A DNA stretch of 64,000 bases, taken from assembly GCA_950097015.1 (NCBI GenBank), contig CATNEN010000024.1, positions 930,001 through 994,000 of the forward strand, written 5' to 3'. This stretch comes from Macrostomum hystrix (Eukaryota; Animalia; Platyhelminthes). Shown here piece after piece: positions 22,750 to 34,900 of this stretch. Position 1 is the first letter of the stretch; each line of letters starts with the position of its first letter. Position numbers and translations under genes: made by a program. The notes under the pieces are model-generated. The model worked only from the letters and a program-made list of their open reading frames with translations, ran no database searches and was not told the origin of the DNA.

Positions 22750-23257
22750 GTTATTTAGACAGCTTCTTCAGTGGAAGAGCTCAGGCTTACTCGCATTTAG
22801 TAGAGATAACCAGTAAAGAGGCTTATATTTATACAGGTTGCTTATATTTATACGCAAAAGTTAGCCGTGGGTGTGGTTATCTACTTCACCTAATGATTTA
22901 TAGAAGCTGCTTTGGCGTTAGCAGGGTGTAGGGCCAAAAACCGTAGTCGACTATAAAAATAAATGTTTTAATTTTGTAGTCTCTCTTCTTGCTCCGATCA
23001 TTTTATCTTCGATCAGACGTCACTAGATTGTATTGAACAAGTTTTTGACGTCATTATAAATATATTTTCTCCTAAAATTATTCAAAGCATCCGCGATATT
23101 TCCTATATCGTCATAATAATGCTGAAAAACAAAATTCGTTTAGTACATTGAAAGACGTCGGCAACCTTATATACCTATAATTAGGCGACAGTCGACTCAG
23201 ACAGCGAGGGGGCGATTCTGCCCCATTCCGCGGACGCCTGAGCTCACACACCGACAG
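22750..23257. promoter_or_regulatory. Probable bidirectional promoter and 5'UTR exon between the secreted-protein gene (-) and DNAJC13 (+)
   Basis: Divergent genes; candidate donor ACAG|GTATGA at 23258; the DNAJC13 ATG exon has an acceptor (CAG ending 25986), so an upstream non-coding exon is required. Confidence 0.4.
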
Positions 23258-24036
23258 GTATGAATCAGCGACGCATGTTTACTCCGCACTCACCTCTAAA
23301 ACTAAAGCAGTTGCTGTTTGCTGCATGGCACTTGCCACGCAGCACTGCTCTTTCACAACCTCGATGAAGGCTCCAGCTGCCTTTCAGTCCAGCAGCATGC
23401 GTGCCTTTTCGACCCGCACATATTATTATTAGAATTAAAGCCCGTAAAACATTCAGAAAATGTCCCATGTAATGTAATGTCGTCCGAGAGACAGTCCGCA
23501 GTTTTGTCATGACAAGCTTGCGATAATATATTTGTTACAATATTATTTCATTTTTGTATTATTTTTACGATTTTATTACGTATTATTTTATTCCTTAGTT
23601 ATATATCCGTCGCAAGTATGACGGAAACCATGCAGCTGCCATAGAGTTTTATTTGCACGAAGCACACGTCGAAGCACAATATTAAGCCCATCCTATTGAA
23701 CAGCTGTACCTGAGGATTGTGGCAGAGGCATCGTAAATATCCGGCTTCTTAGGCGCGGCCTCAAATAAAACACCGTAAATCATACTGACGTGCATCCTCA
23801 CATCCGCTTAAATTATTAGATGATTTGCATCGGGCATTATTATCAGCAGCTCGTCTGGAGTATTCGTTGATATAAATGGCAACAATAAAATAACTTTTTA
23901 TATAAAAAAGTAACAGAAAAAACATAGCTTTTTGTTAAACTCTACTACTCAAAATCAAAATTGTACGCGCTATTCTAAGAATCCATGTTTTCACTTTTCA
24001 ATGATCAATATAATATCATTTCTAGTCTTCATCTCA

Positions 24037-24350
24037 GAGGTTGTAGCCTAGTGGTTAGAGCGTCGGACTCATGACTTGAAGGTCTGGGGTTCGATTCCCG
24101 ACTCCACTGGAACAATTTGTGTCCTTTAGCAAGACACTTAACTCTGCATTGCTTCAGTTCACCCAGCTGTTAAATGGGTACCAGGATTAGGCCTAGCTGG
24201 GACAATTGAAGGTGGGTGTGGCGTCCCCGCAGTCCATGGATTGAACAGCCGTTCGCAGCCTTCAGATGCGCCGCGCAATAGCTGCGGCTGTGCTGTCGGC
24301 TGCACATCTGACCCAATTGGGGCAGGTGTAGTCAATTATTTTAATAATTA
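24037..24350 (+). mobile_element. tRNA-derived SINE, family A, full length, TSD TAGTCTTCAT
   Basis: A-box TAGCCTAGTGG, B-box GGTTCGATTCC, CORE-like TGTGTCCTTTAGCAAGACACTTAACTCTGCATTGCTTCAGTTCACCCAGCTGTTAAATGGG, AT-rich tail. TAGTCTTCAT at 24023-24032 and 24355-24364. Confidence 0.85.
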
Positions 24351-24682
24351 TAGTTAGTCTTCATGCAAGCTAGTAAAGACACATTTTTTGTATCAGATTG
24401 ACCTAAAATCTAATTAATTGAATTAGTTTATCCTTAGACAAAGCACTTGATCAAATAGTATGACTGCAAAATCCTAGTAGAGAATCCACCACAATCAACT
24501 ATGCTAAAAGCATATTGCTTTTATTTCTTTCTAAGATAGATTAAAAAACGACTTAATAGATTTTTATCGAACTGGCACAAGTGGAATGGCATTTTGCTAA
24601 AGATTATTATAGTAAATGTAACATACATATTTAAATTTGAAAATTAATTTCTAATATGCCCCCAGGCTTTGATATTTGCTTA

Positions 24683-25056
24683 GGCAGTGCTTATCCCCAC
24701 GGTACCGTAGAAATAATTTTTGTCTTTTTCCTATGGTACCGTGGGAATAATTTCCTGCTTATCCGCATGGCACACTGACGAGATATATAGGCCTATATAT
24801 ATATGTATATATTTTATATACTTAAAAAAGCCACCGTATTGGGTAACTACTTTCGAAAAAAGCAGAAAACTTTAATTTGTTTACTTGCTTTTAAAAACCG
24901 GAAGAAAAAAGGAAAATTTGCAGTCATGATAAAAAGATAGATGATAGGACAGCTGACTCGTCAGTGTGCCGTGCGGATAAGCAGGAAATTATTCCCACGG
25001 TACCGTAGGAATAAGACAAAAATTATTTCTACAGTACCGTGGGGATAAGCACTGCC
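24683..25056. mobile_element. MITE-like element with ~100-bp near-perfect terminal inverted repeats
   Basis: GGCAGTGCTTATCCCCACGGTACCGTAGAAATAATTTTTGTC...CACTGACGAG versus CTCGTCAGTG...GACAAAAATTATTTCTACAGTACCGTGGGGATAAGCACTGCC. No TSD found. Confidence 0.8.
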
Positions 25057-25987
25057 ATGACTTTTTACAGTATGACAAAAATGATACACTATGGAATTTA
25101 AAGTACTTCAAATCAACAAAAATATTTGTAAAAATCTGGACTAAAAAAGTCAGGATTCAGATAGGAAACCAGGTTGGTCTCTAATTATTATATAATATGG
25201 TGTAATATAGGCCCAAAATAATGCTGCTTGCTTGCATGCTGTTGCCCTAGACTCTGCCTAAAGCAAGTCCTGTCAAGCTTTTTTCTTGACAGCATGCATT
25301 TTTGTTGTTGTGTGTCAAAAAAACATTATATGCAGAATATACTTTATCAATGTAGTCAGTATATGGGTAAATGTTAGACTATTTAGTTTTGCCTTCAGGA
25401 CACAAGTTAAAAAGTAAAGATAGTAACTCTATTAACATTTTTAGTACTTAATATTTCCAATGTCAAGGTTTCAGGTTCTTATTGATTGAGTTCTGAGTCC
25501 CAAAGCTGTTTCATAACATTCTGTGTAGCTTTTTTAGAAAAAAAAATGTGTTCCTTAAAAAATTTGTGTAGGTAAAACTTTGACTAAAATATGAAATGTT
25601 TAGGTAACTGTTAAGAATCTAGTCTTTTATTCATGGTCCATAAGGCTAATATATGTTCATTGTTTAAATTCTAGTTTGTTATAGAATCAGATGCGGGTCA
25701 AAAAATGAATCAGATTTTGCGTGAATATTTTTATGAGCACTGTTTAGCCATTTTTAACGAATTATTTTTCTATACTATTTTCTATAATATTGTCGAAAAT
25801 TAAAGTTATATGTTTACAAAAAATTGCTTCTTTTTATTCTCTTTAATTAAAAATAAAAATAATAATAAAATAGTAATAATAATAAAAATAAAATATTTAA
25901 TATTTAATTTAATATTTAATATTTTATTTAAAAATAAAAATGGAAACTCTATAGTTGATCAGTACAACTTATCTATACAGTTTCAGA

Positions 25988-28900
25988 ATGTCAAGCAATC
26001 CAAATGCAATTCCTCAAATGAAAGACAATCAAGATCTGGCATGCTTTCATGTAACAAAGCTATCATGGAAGGGAAAGTGAGTAAAAATCATATTTAACTT
26101 TGAGTTGAGTTGAGCTTGAGGTAAATTGTCATCAAAATTATAATAAACATTCCTTTTAAAGGTACAAGAGAATATTCAGCATTGGCACTCAGGGCATCAC
26201 TACCTACAATCCACAAACTATGGAGATAACAAACCAGTGGCTTTACAGCGACTTTTTCAACATACTGCCAAATCCGAAGGGCGGCCCACAGGAGCTCATC
26301 ATTCAGATGAAAAAGGTCGGCGGTAATAAAAAGGATCAGATGAAATTCGCGTCAGACCATCGGGCCGACATCCTGACTGAGGCGTTGCGCTTTCAGCACC
26401 TGTTTGCTGAGACACCGAAAACTCCAGCTAGATTCAATGCTTTCAAACAGCACTGGTCAGATGCGCGAAAGAACGTTGTATTGTCTGTGAACTCTGCCGG
26501 CCTGTGCCAATACGATCCAGTTAGCAACACTCTGCTGTGCACTTATGACTACAAAGATATCGAATGTCTGCTAGTGGTGCGTTTCAAAGCTTTTTTGCAA
26601 CGGGTCGTGTTATAAACTATTCAAATGTGTTAATCTCTATTAAAGGAGATGGTTGCCTACTGAAGAATGAGGTGTAGGAGATGGTTGCCTACTGAATAAT
26701 GAGGGGTAGGAGATGGTTGCCTACTGAAGAATGAGGTGTAGGAGATGGTTGCCTACTGAAGAATGAGGTGTAGGAGATGGTTGCCTACTGAAGAATGAGG
26801 TGTAGGAGATGGTTGCCTACTGAAGAATGAGGTGTAGGAGATGGTTGCCTACTGAAGAATGAGGGGTAGGAGATGGTTGCCTACTGAAGAATGAGGTGTA
26901 GGAGATGGTTGCCTACTGAAGAATGAGGGGTAGGAGATGGTTGCCTACTGAAGAATGAGGTGTAGGAGATGGTTGCCTACTGAAGAATGAGGGGTAGGAG
27001 ATGGTTGCCTACTGAAGAATGAGGTGTAGGAGATGGTTGCCTACTGAAGAACGAGGTGTAGGAGATGGTTGCCTACTGAATAAGAGGTCGAAAGTTTTAC
27101 AGTTTTATGAATAATGAAGAGCCCGGACTTACTGTATTTTAAAGGCAAAGTTTCTAAAAATGAAAGCTAATTTCATAAAAATCATTAATTTAAAAAATGA
27201 TGTGGCGACATGCCCTTTCAGATTCCTGATTTACCCGGTGGAATTTCCGTCGTCTATGGCGGCTTCGGACGCAATGTAAGTGTCAGACAGCCTGATGAGT
27301 CATAAGCTAGATGAGATTATAATTGAAGTCAATTCCCCCCTCCGCACCCATTGCAGCACATATTTGCCACACAGGATCGGGACAATCTAGTCAAAGCGGT
27401 TAAAGAGGCCGCCATGCACTACATTGGACTGTCGATCCGTGTACACCAGGGCCAAGTCACTTATGAGCAGCTGCTGGTTGACAAGTTTGGCAAATACTCT
27501 GGGGATGAGCATCTCACTTCACACAGCGAATTTCCCGTTGCTAAAACGCACACGCCACGTCACAGGTGAATTTTACTGATTATCGCTGTGTTGCAGTGTG
27601 ATCAGAGGGATCGGTAAAAAACTAAGGATGTGGGAGCGGAGGCCATAGAATGAAGGATGTAGGAGCGGAATCGAGTGAAAGATGTGGGAGCGGAGGCCAT
27701 CGAGTGAAATTTGTGGGAGCGGAGGCCATAGAGTGAAGGATGTAGGAGCGGAGGCCATAGAATGAAGGATGTAGGAGCGGAGGCCATCGAGTGAAAGATG
27801 TGGGAGCGGAGGCCATCGAGTGAAATTTGTGGGAGCGGAGGCCATAGAGTGAAGGATGTGGGAGCGGAGGCCATCGAGTGAAATTTGTGGGAGCGGAGGC
27901 CATAGAGTGAAAGATGTGGGAGCGGAGGCCATAGAGTGAAGGATGTGGGAGCGGAGGCCATCGAGTGAAATTTGTGGGAGCGGAGGCCATAGAGTGAAGG
28001 ATGTGGGAGCGGAGGCCATCGAGTGAAATTTGTGGGAGCGGAGGCCATAGAGTGAAGGATGTGGGAGCGGAGGCCATCGAGTGAAATTTGTGGGAGCGGA
28101 GGCCATAGAGTGAAGGATGTGGGAGCGGAGGCCATCGAGTGAAATTTGTGGGAGCGGAGGCCATAGAGTGAAAGATGTGGGAGCGGAGGCCATAGAGTGA
28201 AGGATGTGGGAGCGGAGGCCATCGAGTGAAATTTGTGGGAGCGGAGGCCATAGAGTGAAGGATGTGGGAGCGGAGGCCATCGAGTGAAATTTGTGGGAGC
28301 GGAGGCCATAGAGTGAAGGATGTGGGAGCGGAGGCCATAGAGTGAAAGTTGTGAGAGCGGAGGCCATAGAGTGAAGCATATTGGAGCATTCCAGTTCAAG
28401 CATTCGCTGCCCACCCACAGGGAGCCAGTGAGGCGGCTGCTGTGCCTATCAGAGACCTGCCTAGTTGAGCGGGACCCGGCTACTTATCACGCGGTGTCCG
28501 TCAAGCCATTGTGCGACGTGTTCTCAATGACCCGCGATCCCGCTAATCCCCAGCTAGTGGCCATTGAGTCGGTGCGCGGGCCGCCTCGCTACTACACTAG
28601 CACTGACCGAGATGCTCTCATAGCCTCCGTTCTGGACGGAGTTCGTGCCTCCGGCAACAGAGATGTGTGCGTGAAGCGCGCCCCAATTGATCGCGGCCTC
28701 CGATTTGGTCCACTGAGTACGCCACTGTCCGAGGAGGTTGAAAGTCAATGCCTGCGCCATCTCTATCAGCAACCGCCTGGAGTCACGTTTGCCCAGGTGA
28801 GCTAATTGGGCTAGAAATATATTTTCACTTTTCGCTTAGATTTAATGTTTCTCTACCATCTGTTCGCCTGCAGGCCGTGGCCAGATTCAATGCCAACGTG

Positions 28901-31900
28901 CCCTACAGTGGCCTGCTGCACGCCGTCACTCAGGATGGCTTCTTCTCCGAGAACAAGGAGAAGCTCATCACCCAGGCTCTCTCGGCTCTGATCCAACACG
29001 ACGGCGGGGGCGGCTCTGTTGAAGCCGAGTTTCACGCCCTCCGCCGACTAGTGGCCAGCAAAGCCGGCTTCTCGGCCTTCACCGAGCTGACTGGCATGCG
29101 CGAGACTCTCGGCCGCAAAGTGGTGGCTGCTCTGCGTCGGGCTGACGACGACGGTGGCGTCGGACACGCCGCCATCGACACGATTAACTCGCTGATGCAG
29201 CCGATGCACGACAATTACGATTTGAGACAGGTCAGATTCCCTTTTATTGGGTCATTGAGATCTAGTCTCTCGGGTCATGGAGATCTAGTCTCTCAGGTCA
29301 TGGAGATCTAGTCTCTTAGGTCTTTGAAATCTAGTCTCTCAGGTCTTTAAGGTCTAGTCTCTCAGGTCTTTGAGATCTAGTCTCTTAGGTCTTTGAGATC
29401 TAGTCTCTCAGGTCTTTAAGGTCTAGTCTCTCAGGTCGTTGAGATCTAGTCTCTCAGGTCATGGAAATCTAGTCTCTCAGGTCTTTAAGATCTAGTATCT
29501 TTGGTATTTAAGATCTAGTCTTAGGTCTTTAAGGTCTAGTCTCTCAGGTCTTTGTTATCTAGTCTCTTAGGTACATGAGATCTTGGCTAAGCCAAAGATG
29601 CGAGCGTATAATCAGCCTTCAAAAGGATTCTAAATTGTTCATAGATTGACAGATGGTTTTGTCCGTAACGCATTCCCTACAGGAGCAGTTGAACAAGTCC
29701 AGCATAATGTCGTCTAAGAAATTCCTGGAATCGCTTCTCGACATATTCGAATCGCACGTGCTGAAAGGCACCGGCGCTCTGTTCATATCGGCAATGCTGG
29801 ACTTCCTCACCTTCGCCCTGTGCGCCCCCTACTCGGAGACCACCGAGGGGGGCCATTTCGACATCCTGCTTAACATGACCGCCGCCAGGGGTCGCGCCTT
29901 CTTTAAACTATTCCAGCATCCGTCCACTGCCATTCTCAAAGGCGCCGGCTTGGTAATGCGCTCCATTGTTGAAGAGGCCGAACCCGAAGTGGCCGCCAGG
30001 ATGCAGGCCCTGTCGCTGGCCGAGGCCGCCCTGCCGGCTCACCTGCACACGGCATTGTACACACAGTCTATTGAGGGCCGAATGTTAGTCAACAGGCAGC
30101 TTAGCAGGCACCTGATTGGACTGTGGATCACCGAAAACCAGGTGGCTATGACTCTGCTAAAGAGAATATTTGTAAGTGCGCGTTTTCTTTTAGCCTGCTC
30201 TTATTTTTAGATGTGGTCGATACCCTCCGACCCTCTCTGTCCCTAGAGTGCTTGGCTAGGGTCGATACCCTCCGACCCTCTCTGTCCCGAGAGTGCTTGG
30301 TTAGGGTCGATACCCTCCGACCCTCTCTGTCCCGAGAGTGCTTGGTTTGGGTCGATACCCTCCGACCCTTTGTCCCTAGAGTGCTTGGTTAGGGTCGATA
30401 CCCTCCGACCCTCTGTCCCGAGAGTGCTTGGTTTGGGTCGATACCCTCCGACCCTCTGTCCCTAGAGTGCTTGGTTTGGGTCGATACCCTCCGACCCTCT
30501 GTCCCGAGAGTGCTTGGTTAGGGTCGATACCCTCCGACCCTCTGTCCTGAGAGTGCTTGGTTTGGGTCGATACCCTCCGACCCTCTGTCCCTAGAGTGCT
30601 TGGTTTGGGTCGATACCCTCCGACCCTCTGTCCCGAGAGTGCTTGGTTAGGGTCGATACCCTCCGACCCTCTGTCCCTAGAGTGCTTGGTTTGGGTCGAT
30701 ACCCTCCCACCCTGTCTTACGCTGTCTGTAGCTATAGTGTCCATTCTTATCATTAGCCATTTTGCTCTCGTGCAGCCGCAGGGCCTTCTAGCCTACCTGG
30801 AATCCGCCGACGAGCCGCCGCGCGACGATATCGACCGGTTGAACACGCGCGACAATCTGAAATTGGCCACCGACCAGGAGAAGCAGCGCAATGCCAACCA
30901 GCAGTGGCGGGCTGTTGAGCGTCAGATCGAAAACTTTCTGGTCCACTGGCGCTCCAGAATCGGCTTCCAGAAGAAGCAGCCGCAGAAGGAGGAGAAGCCT
31001 ATTGTGCTGCGCAAGAGGCGGCAGCGTGTGAAGACTGAAGCCAACTGGCCAATGTTCTACTATCAGTTCTGCAAGGATCACACCAAACCTAATCTGCTTT
31101 GGAACTATCGCACTAGGGAGGAGCTCAGAGAGGTATTGTTCTTAGTCAGCTGATTATTATGCTAATCCTCTGACCCAGTTGCTAAAACATCTGAGATCGA
31201 TGCTTAATCCTTTGTGTTCGATGCTTAATCCTTTGTGTTCGATGCTTAATCATTTGTGTTCGATGCTTAATCCTTTGTGTTCGATGCTTAATCCTCTGAC
31301 CACAATGCTTAATCCTCTAAACTCGATCCTTAATCTTCTGACTATGACCCTTAATCCTCTAACCGCGATCCTAAATCCTCTAACCGCGATCCTTAATCTT
31401 CTAACCGCGATGCCTAATCCTCTAACCACGATGCCTAATCGGCTAACCACGATCCTTAATCCTCTAACCGCGATGCCTAATCCGCTAACCACATTGCTTA
31501 ATCCTCTAACCACGATCCTTAATACTCAAACCACAATGCTTAATCCTCTGACTACGGCCCTAAATCCCTAATCTTAATCCCTAAGCCGCGTCATTTGTTT
31601 ATCCAACAGGCCCTTGAGAATGAGCTGCGCGCATTCAACTCGGACAAAGACCTATCCGGCAAGAAGCAGATTAGCTGGAACCACGAAGAGTTCCAGGTGC
31701 TGTTTCCAAGCCTGGCTGAGGAAATCAAAATAGGCGATTATTATCTTCGAGTGCTGCTTGAGGAAGACGATAAGCGTCTCGGAGACGAGGAGAGCTCGCT
31801 GGTCATCAACCAGTCGTGAGTGCGAAATGACTGCTCGCCATTTATATCCAGTTTGTCACTATAGCAAAGTCAGCTCTCCCCTTCGGCTAGCACAGATGAT

Positions 31901-34900
31901 TTAAAAAATAAAGTGCAGTCATAGCTTCATCCGCTTCATGATAAAGAATAAAATTAAACAACCAATTGCAATTCCATCATTCCCTTGCGCAGTGTGGCAG
32001 AGTGGTCTAACGCGTTTGCGTCTCGCACCAAGGTCCCTCAGCTCGATTCCTTGGCTAGGCCACATTTATTTGGGGCGCAGCCGCGGAGAGAAGGCTTGGG
32101 GGCTTAAGTCGTGCAGTTGATGATGAGAAAGTCAGGGCAGATGTACACACCTGTGTGAGTATATGCTCAGGAGTCAGCGGAATGGGCAGAATTGCCTCCT
32201 CGCTTCCTGCGGTTTTACTGTCACCAAACAATGTGCCATTGCCCGCAGCCCTCGTGTAAATATTGTTATTATTGTTGTACCCAAGGCTGCTAAATTATCC
32301 CCCAAGAAAAAATAAGAAAATTTATAAATAGCAAGCAAAGCTCCCCAGTTGTTGATAATTATTCTCAGGTTGGAAAATTATCCCCCTATCACGGATGTGC
32401 TCATTTAAGCCGTCTCATTTAACTCATCCAGCTACCAGTTCTTCAACGATCTCTATCATCGATTTCTGCTGACGCCTAAGGTGAACATGAAGTGCATGTG
32501 CCTGCACGCTATGACCATTGTGTACGGCCGGTGTCACGCCGAAATTGGGCCGTTTGGCGACACGCGCTATATCATCAGCATGCTGGAACGGGTCAGTACC
32601 TATCAGCTTTGCTGGCTGGTCCATCAGCTCTTTGTTACCTAATCAGCCATAGAGCAGAAAATAGTTTAGCAAAAGTGGTTCTAACTAATAGACTTCTAAG
32701 GGTCTGAAATTCGAACCCCAGCCCAGGGGAATCGATTTGCGTCATCGAAATTCTGGTGTGTGGCTTCCCCTAGTCCGCAGACAACTGTTTGCAAAACCCA
32801 TTCCTTGTCATTTTTTTTCCTAGTCTATTCTGACGTCTCATTTTCTCAATTGAAACTTTTCAGACCTGCGACAAACTGGAACGCGATCGCCTTATGCTCT
32901 TCCTGGGCCGGCTTGTGCTTAATAAGGTGAAATTATAAAACAGACCCTTTCTCCCAACCTCCAGCTCGCTGATATTCTAAAACAGACCTACTCTCCCACC
33001 CTCCAGCTCGCTGATATTCTAAAACAGACCTACTCTCCCACCCTCCAGCTCGCTCATATTCTAAAACAGACCTACTCTCCCACCCTCCAGCTCGCTGATA
33101 TTCTAAAACAGACCTACTCTCCCACCCTCCAGCTAGCTGATATTCTAAAACAGACCTACTCTCCCACCCTCCAGCTAGCTGATATTCTAAAACAGACCTA
33201 CTCTCCCACCCTCCAGCTCGCTGATATTCTAAAACAGACCTACTCTCCTACCCTCCAGCTCGCTGATATTCTAAAACAGACCTACTCCCCCACCCTCCAG
33301 CTCGCTGATATTCTAAAACAGACCTACTCCCCCACCCTCCAGCTCGCTGATATTCTAAAACAGACCTACTCTCCCACCCTCCAGCTCGCTGATATTCTAA
33401 AACAGACCTACTCTCCCACCCTCCAGCTCACTGATATTCTAAAACAGACCTACTCTCCCACCCTCCAGCTCGCTGATATTCTAAAACAGACCTACTCTCC
33501 CACCCTCCAGCTCGCTGATATTCTAAAACAGACCTACTCTCCCACCCTCCAGCTTGCTTTTTTATCAAAAAATCCTCCCTACCCCGTTCATTGATTTCTA
33601 CTCGATTTAGTTGACAATATTTCGTCGTCTTGGCAACAAAATCAACAGGAAAACGTGAAGGAGATTATCGACGCCAACGGAGTTAAGATTCTTATCGACT
33701 TTGTCACCCTGGCTCATCTGCATATTTCAAGGGCGCACACGCCAATGCAGGTACTGCATTTATCTATGACTAGACTTTTCAACTACTTTTTACCCTTCCG
33801 CATGATAGCATCGTGCAATCACAGTTAATCCTCTTTGTCATTACACACCAGGACATTCATTCACAATGATCTCTCAGGACACTAAACACAATGGCCTTAA
33901 TTGACAATGATCTCACAGGACACTAAACACAATGGCCTTAATTGACAATGATCTCACAGGACACTAAACACAATGGCCTTAATTGACAATGATCTCACAT
34001 GACACTAAACACAACGCACATTAAACCGAGCATACATACCGGTCATGAAGATAGCATAGTTCAGTGTCAGTCCACATTGTCAGTTCTACTGTATTGAATC
34101 GAATATCAGTTTTGCCTATTCGTTCCCCAGTCGAACATCCTCGAGGCCAGTCCTGACATGCGCAGGCCAGGCGAGAAAGAATGGTACTACGGCGACTCGG
34201 CCAAGGAGAAGTGCGGCCCGTACAGCTTCGACGAGGTTAAAGAACTGTTTGCCAACGGGACTATCAATGACAAGACTCGCGTCTGGGCTCAGGGCTTCGA
34301 AGGCTGGAAGCCGCTGAACGCTGTGCCACAGCTGCGTTGGGGGCTGCTGGCCACTGGCAAAGAGGTAAGTTATTGAGATGCAAAGAATCTTAAAGTGGTA
34401 TTGTGATGTTTGGGATATTAAAGTGGTGTTGTGATGTTTGGGATATTAAACTGGCATTGTGATGTTTGGGATATTAAACTGGCATTGTGATGTTTGGGAT
34501 ATTAAAGTGGCATTGTGATGTTTGGGATAATAAACTGGCATTGTGATGTTTGGGATATTAAACTGGCATTGTGATGTTTGGGATATTAAACTGGCATTGT
34601 GATGTTTGGGATATTAAACTGGTGTTGTGATGTTTGGGATATTAAAGTGGCATTGTGATGTTTGGGATATTAGAGTGGTGTTGTGATGTTTGGGATATTA
34701 AAGTGGTGTTGTGATGTTTGGGATATTAAAGTAGTGTTGTGATGTTTGGGATATTAAAGTGGTGTTGTGATGTTTGGGATATTAAAGTGGCATTGTGATG
34801 TTTGGGATATTAAAGTGGCATTGTGATGTTTGGGATATTAGAGTGGTGTTGTGATGTTTGGGATATTAAAGTGGTGTTGTGATGTTTGGGATATAAAAGT

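Noticed and set aside
24037-24115. tRNA-like sequences here and at ~450, 31987, 37092, 38540, 47985, 48650, 49078 and 49422
   Set aside because: A/B boxes are present but I see no complete cloverleaf or acceptor stem, and most continue into a shared SINE body.
27573-28418. Three long minus-strand ORFs (HSMASAPT repeats)
   Set aside because: Translations of the 29-bp intronic minisatellite.
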